DNA of 49,337 bases, the filler included, from Catajapyx aquilonaris (Eukaryota): assembly GCA_000934665.2 (NCBI GenBank). It is 2 parts of 2 records of this genome, joined end to end, with 100 filler letters (N's around TTAATTAATTAA, not from the genome) between each part and the next. Parts side by side here need not be neighbours in the genome. Positions count along the whole stretch, not along the records: positions 1 to 24,615 come from JYFJ02005478.1; 1 more part is not named here. The stretch is one strand, 5' to 3'. The translations under genes and the position numbers were made by a program. Numbering within the stretch: position 1 is the stretch's first letter; each line of letters begins with the position of its first letter. The notes under the pieces are model-generated. The model did no database searches. It worked only from the letters and a program-made list of their open reading frames with translations, and was not told the origin of the DNA. Positions 10,446 to 21,553 of the stretch are shown one piece after another.

Positions 10446-13400
10446 CAACATATCCTGATACCATGTAGTGCCTTATGGTGCATTTTCCCTGATATTGTTT
10501 GTGGGATATGCACCATCTGTTAATTTATCGGGCAATTTACTTTCATACTATGGGTAAAGCTTGACTTTCGTGTGTAGTAATTTTAATTTATTACCCTTAA
10601 TTTTGGAGCATGTTGGTAACAATAGCTTCACATGTTAAAAATTATATCAACCCTTCAGTGGTATAGCAGTGAATGATTGCAAATTGGCAGCCTCATTAGA
10701 AAAGAACGGATTTATAGGTTTTTACCTACTTTTTATTGTGTAGGCAGAACACCGGAACCAAAATATCTATCCGTTTCATAACACAAGGACCTCAAAAATC
10801 GTAGTTATATAAAACCTAAAATTGCCTATTTCGGACGTTGGGACCTATTATTTTTCACCTATTTACACCTTTTTGATGGCTTTTCGTTACATTTTTGGCA
10901 GTTTTTACGTGTTTTCCGTTCAAGTCATTCCTCCCGCTTCAACCTGTGAATTGCGAAGAAGCTGTAACCTATAGACATGCCAGATAAACTGGCTGTACAA
11001 GACATTTAACTTTTCAAGAATGATCCAGTTGCTTGGGAAAGGTCATCAGCGTATAAAGTCTTACTGTCACACAGGCATCGCTGACAAATAATAATTAAAA
11101 AACTAAGGTGTGGAACAACTGCTAATTTTTTTACAGTGTTGCAAAATTACATGGCCAAGAGCAGGCTGTAAACATTGCATGGGACTGAAAATCAATTAGG
11201 ACCTGCTTGATTTTTAGTGCCTATTTAAGAGGCTATATTAACTGCTTTCAGGACCTAAAAGCTTACCTATTTGATGGTTTTTTAGAACCTAGAAATCCGA
11301 TCTTTGCTCATTCGGATGCGAAGACCTGGACAATGGAAGAGGTGCATTATGGTTTCAGACCCATGCTTTTACAGGAGCTGGTGTCTTTCTCTAAAGCCAC
11401 AGTTATGCTAATGAAGATGGACCTGGTTGGAGGATTGATCTTTGTTACTAATGTTAGGTTTTGTTGCCAGTTATTAGTGACCAGGATGAATCCACGTTTT
11501 ATCATCTGCCTTCACTCCGCTTCACTCCTTCAGCAGTACAAATGGACCATAGGCAGTCGTCGTGTTTTTGAGTTGGAGTTTCATGCGGGTTACACACTTG
11601 CTTGGCTTATCAATTAAATTTTAAAGCATTTTAAAGATTTTTTTTTGTATTGAGATGCTGTGATGAAAGCCTAATTAGGTACCCTAGAGAAGTGTTCTAA
11701 GATCTAGTTTAAATCTCTGTTGCTTGTGGATCATGGCATGAGGTGGAAATTAATTACCAGCACATGATCAATAATATTGATGCATTAAGTTTTTTATTAA
11801 ATATGTGTAGTCTGTACCTGTGGTAACAAGGGTGTTTCCTCAGGTGAAGACTTACCATTTTGTACATTTCTGACTAGAATGGCTTTCATGTTGGCATACG
11901 TTTGGCCTTTTTGCATATCTAAGGACCTGTAATATTTATTAATAGGTCTGGTATGTTAGTGCTTATGCCAACTGTGACGCACAATTAGGCAAATGTAGCA
12001 TTTTTCTGAGCTCGAATTATTTTAATATATGAGATGTTTTTATGAGGCAACTGGGCAAAAAAAAAGCCATAATAATATACGAGGACAATAGGCACTTGTA
12101 ATACAATGGAAGTGCTGTGTAGTGTACTGAAATCTATTCCTGCATTCTCAGCAATTGCATGTGCTGTAAGCTACATAGGTTTGTCATGAGATATACTAAG
12201 CCCTCATTTTGTAAGTTAATCTAAGTAAGTCCAAGGTTAACGAGTCAAATTACAGTGTGAGTCTCACATAATAATTAACAATAAATAAATAGTTAGTCTT
12301 TTGTGTAATGAAGTTCCGTGAGCCTTGATTTGCTCGTACAATCAAGTATTAAATTTGGTTAAGGACACCTCACTGATGTTTAGAATAAACAATGATGAAC
12401 TCTCGGCTGATTGAGTTGCTGTTCTTGTAGTGTTGCGTTGATATTGTGACATATTCTGTCATTCTGTCATTCTTGTAGTCAGTGGTTTTCTTATATTTAA
12501 AGATATTATTTTTCTCTAAGTCCTTATGTGAACACAAGATGTTGCGCCCACCTTTTTGTGATTTATGATTCTTTTAACTTCATCTGTATGTATGTATACT
12601 GACCATTTCCAACTGAAAATGCGGAAGATATGAGGCTCCCCCCCCCCCTTCTTTTTTGCCTTGGAGGGCTCACCCGTCCGGTTGTGTGGCGACTGGCAGC
12701 AGAATAACGTCCAGCTGACCAGAGGAATCAATAGCCGTCATGTTAATAAAAAAATCAGCTGTCAACTGTAATGCAGTGTATATCTATTGGGTCGTAATCC
12801 ATGTATAGGACAGAAATGTAATATGCGGAGAACATGTTTTTGATATCTTAGATCATAAGGGCGACAGTATGCATAGGAATTGTGGAGACAAGGAGTAGCC
12901 CTTATTGCTGCAAAAATAAAATTTCAACCTGAGCTTATTTTTTCTTGGGGATTATTATTATTATTTTTTGTACTTCTAATGCCACTTCGTGGACCGAACT
13001 TAAACACAGTGAATTGTGATCGACGTGACTCGTGTTGCTCTACAGCTTGCCGAGCTCCAATTTCCCCCATTATGGTAATGTGATTTATGCGTAATCCAAT
13101 TTGAACCACCGTTTTTTTCCCTCCCTTCTGGAGGAAAATGAAGGTCGTCATGTAATTTTTGAAGCAGGATGCACAGCCTATACTATGTTCTGCGGATACT
13201 CCGATTTTCAAAGACATCTTGCAAGGTTGGAGCTTATTTTTGGTCACTTGCTGCTCGCCATTTTTTCTGTGTGGATGTGCATTAATTTTGTTCTGCAGTT
13301 GCTATTGTTGAGTGCGATTATTCAGGTCACATCGCAAACGAAAATACACTGCCTATAATGCAAAACCATACGCGATTCGTCTATTCGACCGCGAAAAATA

Positions 13401-15894
13401 GCCCCAGCCCACAGAAACCGAGTCTGGGTGAAAATGAGATCCAAACCGAATTGGGACACTGCAAATCGGATTTGTAGTGTCTTCTAAACACTACAGTAAG
13501 TCTCTATTAACAATTGTAAATGACCGATCATATTAATGCTTTTCGACATTTGTGCGATCGTTTTTCCTCTATCCTATGCCTGTGGTATAGGGGAGAGGTT
13601 ATGGATTGTTCACTCCAGCACAGCAGCAGCCAGGTTAAATCGAGTTAACATTGTCATGATTGTAGCGTCTCTTTAAAGTGGTTCCTGGATTGAACAGTCT
13701 ATGACTTATTCACCTTGAACTATAGGCGGGATTGGGGCAGTTGACCGCCCTGTAGATGAGTGAACCTTGTGTGCTATGTGACTGGAATCAAGCTCCTGCA
13801 GGATGAGATTTTGGAAGGGAACTGGAGCAGACATCTCCGTTCTATCGTTCGATAACTGCAAGTAGGCATACTGTATACGTATAGCCTCGCACACTATATG
13901 GGAAGTACCCTCTCGGGAGTTATCGCATTTTGGGAGCGCAAAATAGTGAGCATAATTTTCAAAGGTGTGATCGAGTTTATCCTGGAAGTTAGACTTTCAA
14001 GTGAACATGGTAGACGCGTGGGTGGCTCTGTATAGTCAGGATAAGAGTACAAGATTTTGTTATCGCGAAGCTCGCCTACGCGATGAAAGTATTGAGTTAC
14101 AGCATCTTCCGGATTGGATCAACATGATCTCAGACCTATATGTAGTTTCCGACCTGTAGGAAGCGAAGTTATTTGCACTCACGATAGACTTTAAAGCCTC
14201 TTTCTCGTGAATACTAGTTTTCGTATACTTCATCGCATGCTTTTCCTCCCCTATATAGAAAATGGGATTTTACCTGAAATTAACTCTCGATTTTCCTGAT
14301 CACATACTGTTATTTATTGTAGTTAGTCATGGTTTCTGGACGATATTGATGAACTCATTTCCATCTCTTTATTAACGATTACTTTTTCGTAGAAAAACAT
14401 GACGATGAGAAACACCAGATGCAAAAGATGCGGATTCCAAAGTCCACTAAGTCCATTTGTGTCGTTTTGAGAAATTTGCGTTTTTGTTGATGGCACCGGA
14501 AAAACCCTCAGATTTGGTCTTGAGGGACATTGAGCGTGTTCTGACCTCAGGTGGAGGTGGAGATACAAATTGATGTACTCAGCTCATTTTTCATGAAAAT
14601 GGACTTTGGGGATTTTGGAATCCGCCTCTTCTAGTTGCAATGTTGTTTAGGTCCATCCATTGGTGATCACAGCACGTATACTCACGTTATCTTGTTATAA
14701 CGCACAAGTTTGTATGTCACTGAAGGAACTTTTGTGACACTCGGATTAATCAAGTGTAAAGCGACATTCATTTCATTTCCGGTTGATCTATCGGCTATAA
14801 AAACACATTATTGAAGTTTTTTTTTCTGGCCATCCCACAGGAGGACGCAATGTTATTTTATGGATGTTTTTTTAAAAAAGCGGCAAAGTTTCTCAGTATC
14901 GGCAGAAAAAAGTTCTGTTTGACTCTGACCTCCAGGAGAAAGTTCCCTCTGCAAAAAAAGAAACATCTTCCAGCCATTTTTCACCTCCTAGTCCACCCAA
15001 AAGAAGGTCTCTGACCGCTTATTCCAACGGCTCCATTTCATATTATTTTAAAGCTGGATCCTGGACGCTCCCAAAAATCCGGAGCGTCGTCTCTCTGGTC
15101 TCCACCCGGATTTTTTTTCCTTCTTTTTTTTTCCATGGAGCGTAGTGGCGCAGGGCTCAATTACCCCATGGTGTCAGTAATGATAGTCTTGACGGTGTGG
15201 TGGGGTGGGTGGGTGGAAAAAGAGGGTTGGTGGGGTTGGGTGGGAAAGAGGGGGGGTAGGAAGGGGTGCCTTATTGATTTTTGGGGCGACACTGACAGTC
15301 AACCGACAATAGTTAGGGGGGCCCGTAGCCGTCGGGATTTGGGGAAGGGCGGCAAGGCCCTGCCGCCGCGCATTCTTTAGCCCGGGACTGGGCCAGCCAT
15401 GTCTGCCCGGCCTTTTTTCTCGGCCGACTCGCCCGCCGACGCCGGTCACGACGGTCACGACGCCCGGTGACAGTGACAGTGGAGGTGCACCATGGAGCCT
15501 GGATGGATGCTGGCTTGGCCTGCGACGTCGCATCGAGGTCTGAGTCTAGCTAGGGGAGAGGTATAGGGTGGGTTTGGGGGTTGCTGGGGCTGGGCTCTCT
15601 CTGGCAGGGGGTGCGGGATGGGGAGGGGNCCAGGCCTGGACCTTATAGATTTTTGTGGTCCGTGACTGACAGTGCCGTGACTAGGCAGGAGCATGCACTT
15701 GGCCACTTTTAAAAACGGGAGGACATTGTCGTTGGGATTGTAAAATCTTTTTTTATTATGACACTGGCGCGCTTTCTTCGCTGGGGAAATCAATAACTGA
15801 ATAAACCAGACCGTGCCAAAGTGCCTATAAATGTTAAAAGATTGATCCATGGCGATGGATTCGTGTGACTTTCACCTGCGGGAATAATGCCACT

Positions 15895-16032
15895 TACCGT
15901 ATTTGACGGAATATACGAGTTAAGACGCCATTTTTCGGGAGGGAAAGTGTGTCTTATATGCGAAAGTACAATATACGAACTTCTTTTTCCCCCCCTGAAT
16001 ATGATCTGCTAAAATGAGGGTGCGTCTTATAT
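15895..16032 (+). mobile_element. Degenerate Tc1/mariner (Tc2-like) non-autonomous fragment, copy B
   Basis: Begins TA|CCGTATTT...TAAGACGC, a terminus typical of Tc2/Kanga-type elements; homologous to 10310-10445. Confidence 0.5.
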
Positions 16033-19000
16033 GACTTTCTGTCACACTCGATAATTATTATCGTGTACTCACAGTGAAGAGTCGGAGTTATATTTTGAAT
16101 TTGAATTTAATTTGAATTGACGCAAGCCCGTGCCTTAATTAGACGATATCGATGTTCCAATCTGAGAACAATTTGATTTGATTTTTGTTGGCAACTTCCG
16201 TTCTTTCCCTGTATACATTCGCCTTTTATTAATATCGGAAGTAGCTATAGTTTTGCTCGTCTGATGGTTGCCTATAATATAGGCTGTGTCGTACAGAATA
16301 ATTATTTTATTAAAGGACTTCGAATCCTAAATAAGCAACGAATAAACAATGGTGGGCTGAAACTGACTTATTACAGTGTGATTATATTGATGGAGAACAG
16401 TTCAGGGACTGGGATATGAAATAATATGGATTAAAGTAAGGATGTGATACGCCTAAAACGGATTACTTTCTCTGAAGCGAGTGCTGTACATACATTTGGG
16501 ACACATGTGGTGATTGAAGCGCCACCTAAAGAAAATACTTAAATTTTAAGTCATAATTATTTTTCTCCATACCTTTTTGTCCGCTGTTGCACCATCACAA
16601 TAATACGATGCACCGATGTTTCCAACGGATAATTATTCATCTCGTGCCGATTATTTAGCGACTAGCACTTGGAGAAAGTTTCGTTAGTTACGGGATTTTG
16701 ATCAATGAATGTTGATGGTACAGTGTGTCGAATATGAACGAGATGGACCTAGGTCGGTACACACAGTTTGGGGAAGTATTTGAATAATTAATAATGACGA
16801 GTGCTGCATACATAATTTTAAAATGTGGTACATAGTGATAGTAGTTTTTAGGTGAGAAACCGTATGCCGTTTGGAGTGTACAATGACGACGAACATGATA
16901 ATCTCTATGTGCCTAAACATGGAGATGCGCATGCATGTAGTGGAAAAGCAACGCAAATTTTTTTTCTGCGTGGGAGTTTGGTGAGAGTTAATTAATAAAC
17001 TGTGGTACAGTACATAGCACTGTGCGGGCGTACCTTGTGCCCGCGAGGCATTGCACCAGCATTATGCGCATGTGGAAATTTTGTGTTTTCAGAGGAGCAT
17101 CAGTGTGTGCAGTTAAGCCGCTGCGGATGTTTTTACGTCGTGTTTACAGTCGATAGATGAAAACAAATCAGTTATTTTTTCCCCGATCTTGTTGTTCGCT
17201 TAAATTTTATATACGATGTTGTTAGCATTATCGGAACCCTGTTGGAGCGGGTAATTCGAAATGATACCCTCTCGAAAATGGGGAAAATATATACGATCGG
17301 GAATTACGACATGTTTGTTGCATTCAGTTCGCACGTAAATAAAACAGCGACGGACATTTTCAACGGACTTCCGATCTATTTCCTTCGTTCAATTGGACAT
17401 ACCATTAGAGCAATTTCTGAATTTGCATGAATTTTCAGGCATTACTCACAGCGGCTAATGTTAATAAAGGATATGCCTTATAGATTTGATTTTACACCGA
17501 AAATGAACAAAAAAAAGAGACCACCGCTTGTTACTGCAGGCAAAATTATCACTGTTATTTGCGTATAACGTGACTTTCACGGCATCATTCCCTTTGTACT
17601 AATGAAGCCCATTTATAATTGAAATGGTGATTATTGCACCAGCTGTCTCCTGCGGAATGGCACACACTTCTCGTCGTCGTCGGAAAGTCCTATATTGTTA
17701 TTAATCACATCCCTTGCTGACGTGATTGAAAGCGTGCAAACTTTCGGAGACTTTTTTTCCCCCTTTCCCCCCTCGTTTTTTTTTTCTTTTTCTTCTTCTT
17801 CTCGGGAAGTTCCAAGTAATGTGGGTTCAAAGGTCTGGTTCCCTTCAAGATATTTTCTGACTCTTGTCTGTGAAGTGAGGAAAGTGATGGTGGTGGGGAA
17901 GGTGGGGGTTTTGAGGGGGGGGTTTGAATTGTCTCTACTTTGGTGACGTCATTCCATCGCTATGGCAACCGGAACGATGGTACGAAACGAGAGAAAACCT
18001 TCCCTTCCCTTTTCCTCCTATATGCCTCCCCCTATCCAGAACGAAAACCCCTCGATTCCTTCCTCACAATATTCGGGAGGAACCGTTTCTACTGGGGCAG
18101 CAGCTGGGCTGGGTTGCAATAGTCCGCATGCATAATGCAGCGATTCCAAGTCCGTCGCCGAAATATAATCCAGCCATTGTAGTCATCGGATGTGTTAGCT
18201 TCTCCTATATAGGGGAGAAGTGGGCCTAAAACTGGCCCGCAGAGCATCCGGCTTCTCGTGTCCTGGGCCCTCTTATTATTTGTTCAGATCAATGGGAAAT
18301 TGACTGGGATGCAGATTGAACTGCTCCCTTGATGCCCTACTTGCTTCTGGAAAAAAAAAAATCACTTTAGGGGCAAGAGTGCATGAGTCGAATAGATATA
18401 TCTGAGAAGAAGCGTGATTTTTCAGAGAATCGAACTGTATGCTCATTAAAATAATAAGGTTCACCTTGCTAGAACATATATGAATTTAATACCTTCCAAT
18501 GTTTTTAGTGTAGCATATAAATGTTGCTTGTACTGGAAATAAGGTGTGTACATGTGAGACGTGAGCTGCTATAAATGTCTGGTTGAGTGCAGAAGTATGT
18601 CATAGATAAATATAGTGGCAGGCTATTGTGATGAGGATGATAAAAGAATCAACAATAGCAGGTTCATGTCAGCAATTTCATTCACACAGTGCTCATTGCA
18701 GGGTGTGGACATGCACTTGTTACAGAGAATATGTTATTAAGTGCCAATCTAATAACCACCTTCAGTGATAGTCATTGTCCATGTTTGGGCTTGTTATGTT
18801 GTTAAGCTTAGCTTACAATTTGTATAATGTGCTAGTAAGTATTATGACCACATTTGATGCCTTTTTTGACATATCCTAATTAATTGGATGAGTTTTTAAT
18901 TTTGTGAGGGATGTGTTTTGTTCATGAGACACCTTGGGATATCATATGGTGTCCAGCAGAAATATTTCAAAAATGTTTTCTTGTGTCTGTTTTTTTGTGT

Positions 19001-19400
19001 GGCATACAAAAGAGTTTCTGAGCGGGTTCCACATGGTCATCGTTAGCAACAGGGATCTAACAGTTTTACACGGTTTTCCATGCCTTGAGCGTTAGCTGTC
19101 TGATGTTTTTTAACTTTCCAGTCAGTACTTCCAGAGCTAATATTCAAAACTTCTTGATGCAGTGTAATTGAAGCTTTCTACTAGGAAATTATCTTGTCCT
19201 CATTTGGAGTAAGGCAGAAATTAATGTTGACACTTAATTATATAGCTTTTGCCTGAATCTGGGTGTCGTTTAGGTTTGTAACGCGATCCAACAGGATGAT
19301 TTTGACTTCATTAGGTTACGGTACCCTGTATCCACTTGAAATGCATATGTACTGACTCTTGTATTCTTGATGTTGCAGGCTGTATAGTCGTGTAGCTCAG

Positions 19401-19691
19401 GGATTCCCATCACGCCAGCCACCCTGGAGGACCCAGCGGGCAGCTGGAAGGGACCCCCGTTGGGCTCGGAACCCCCTCCCGGTAACCCCAACTTTGCTCC
19501 GGGGCCACCTCACCCCCAGCAACAGCAGCAGCAGGGAGGAAACCCCTTCGGCTCTTCGGGGCCACCCCCACCTACCTCCTCCTCTGGGCCGACAGGGCCT
19601 CCGGGACCCTATCCACCACAAGGGCCGCCACAGGGGAACCCACAAGGGCATCCACAGGGGCATCTGCCTGGTGCACCAAACAACACTTCAG
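19401..19691 (+). CDS. Chi: Chip/LDB (LIM domain-binding protein) N-terminal Pro/Gly/Gln-rich coding exon; 5' boundary uncertain (19379, 19388, 19396 or 19401)
   Basis: Open frame GIPITPATLEDPAGSWKGPPLGSEPPPGNPNF...APNNTS with donor TCAG|gtgggt (phase 1), in frame with the next exon. GSWK resembles Drosophila Chip DDGSWK (from memory). Confidence 0.8.
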
Positions 19692-20423
19692 GTGGGTGCA
19701 CCTTGAAAGGGCACAGATTGTCCATACTCTTAATTGAGATGTTTAAAATTGAGTTAATACATTTATTGAAAAACAGTAATTATGTTTTTGGAGACAACTT
19801 GTTCATGAGAAGTCATGTGATTATTGTGTATGAAAATGTGACATAGTCAAGCCATCAGTATTGCAATTGTTTCCTGATTTGTGGCAGAATGATCAAACTA
19901 AGCCATGTATGATGCTGATATCCCAGTTGGATTGTATGTAAATTTGTAACATTAATTTCACAACTGCAAAAGATTAATGTAAAATATTCAATCAGTGGAC
20001 TTGTTCACCTTCAGGCATTAATTGGTGTCTTTATGCATTATTAACACTATTACTTGTAAGACCCTGAAAGGACAACTCACAGTTGGGTCCTTAAAGAGAG
20101 ACACCAGATCCAAAACATAGGGTTTATTATTATGCTGCAGGCAATAGTACAACAGCTGTCGGTGGCACCAACCTACTCTCCGATTCGCTCCGATTATTAT
20201 AATCCACAGAACATCCATAGCAGATCTCAGCCAGTCCATCCCATACCCTTCTCGGTCACATTGTCAAATAGTACAGTGTGACTAACTTGATTGCTTAGAC
20301 TTAGAACATTTAGGCCAGTGTTTTACAGTTTGACATTTTGCGCATCTAGTTATATGTTATGCTGATGAATACAGTATGTTGTTATTTGTTTCTGATATTT
20401 TATTTTCTCTCTGGTTTTCGTAG

Positions 20424-21006
20424 GTGGAAATAGTGGACCCAGTGGTCCTGGTTCAGGACAATACCAACAAGGTGGCAACCCGGGTTCTGGTCCAGGAACA
20501 CCGAACTGTCACCCTCATCCGGGGCAGCACCCACAGTACGCGCCTTCCCCTGTGCCTACATCAGGGGGTGGGCCTCCCACGCCGGGCCCTGGGACACCTT
20601 ACAGTGGGCAGGGGCCCCCTCCTCCTCAGGGTCCTCCCCCACCCCAAGGGCCCCCTCCTCCTCAAGGGGGCCCACCACCACCTCCCGCCTCCTACTACAA
20701 CGGGCCTACCTCTCTGGGGTTCCCATCCGGTGCGCCTCACCCACCAAACTCAGGGGGCCCACCACCCGGGGGCCCACAGTACAGCCCTTCATTTGGACGG
20801 GGCTATCACCCTCACCCGCACTTCATCCCTGGCCAGGGAGGCCCACATCCTCAGGGGCCTCCTCCACCACCTTCGTCAGCATTTGGACTTCCTCCAGGAC
20901 CACCTTACGGTCCCGGCGGCCCCAATCCAGGCCCAGGAGGTCCAGGGGTAATCATGCCCAGCCAGATGCCACCTGGTCCACAGCCTGTGGAGAGGCTGGA
21001 TCAAGG
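20424..21006 (+). CDS. Chi: Chip/LDB proline-rich exon ending just before the LDB dimerisation domain
   Basis: Strong acceptor ttttctctctggttttcgtag and donor GG|gtgagt (phase 2). Contains PQYAPSPVPTSGGGPPTPGP and ends GPQPVERLDQG; Drosophila Chip, as recalled, has PQYTSSPAPSGSSTPGP and GPQQMERIDQG directly before the LDB core. Confidence 0.85.
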
Positions 21007-21245
21007 GTGAGTTTGTTTCATCTTGTTAGGGGGATGAAAAGGTAGTCACGATGTGTCTCATCTCCAGCAAGGTCTCACTCCAATAATTTTGGCTACAAGA
21101 TTGGAAATGTGAGGCCTTGAATATGAAGGGTATAGGGAAATTCTTACAAGTGAAACACGATTGAGTCAAAATTTATTTGAATGGTTGCGTGTAACCAAAG
21201 TTACTGCGCTTAGAAGGTATGCAACCCTTGCTCCATTGCACTATA

Positions 21246-21553
21246 GTCTACCGCCAATCTTCAACCAGGGGTCTGCAAACACATTTTGGGAAATGGCTGA
21301 GCTGTATTATTCTGGTAAATATTTTAATGCCAATGTACGGTTAGTTAATATCTCTGATTCGTTGCACTCCAGCAAAGAAAAATCTGGAATGTTGACCACA
21401 TTTAAGTATTAAATTAAAGGAGGGTACCATGCCGTTATATTACAAATTACACAGTCATAAAATGGAAGCACCGGGCATTATTATGTACAGTTCCAACAAA
21501 GTTTGTAGAAAGCGAGAGGGTTCTGCTACATGGGAAGGGCTGAAGACCATGCA
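21246..21553. mobile_element. Highly degenerate hAT-like MITE
   Basis: Near-terminal TCTTCAACCAGGGGTC and GGCTGAAGACC; the 8-mer GCACTATA occurs on both flanks (21238-21245, 21554-21561). Confidence 0.3.

Noticed and set aside
11207..11617. 136-aa plus-strand ORF, and similar 60-130 aa intronic ORFs such as 13101-13358, 28853-29158, 34800-35183 and 42049-42279
   Set aside because: No recognisable domains or convincing splice context, and many start at non-ATG codons; expected by chance.
19400..21010. Alternative identities for the Pro-rich exons (CPSF6, collagen, formin, Osa/ARID1)
   Set aside because: No RRM, strict Gly-X-Y or FH2 context is visible; the GSWK, PQY.PSP...TPGP and ERLDQG motifs fit Chip/LDB in the right order.
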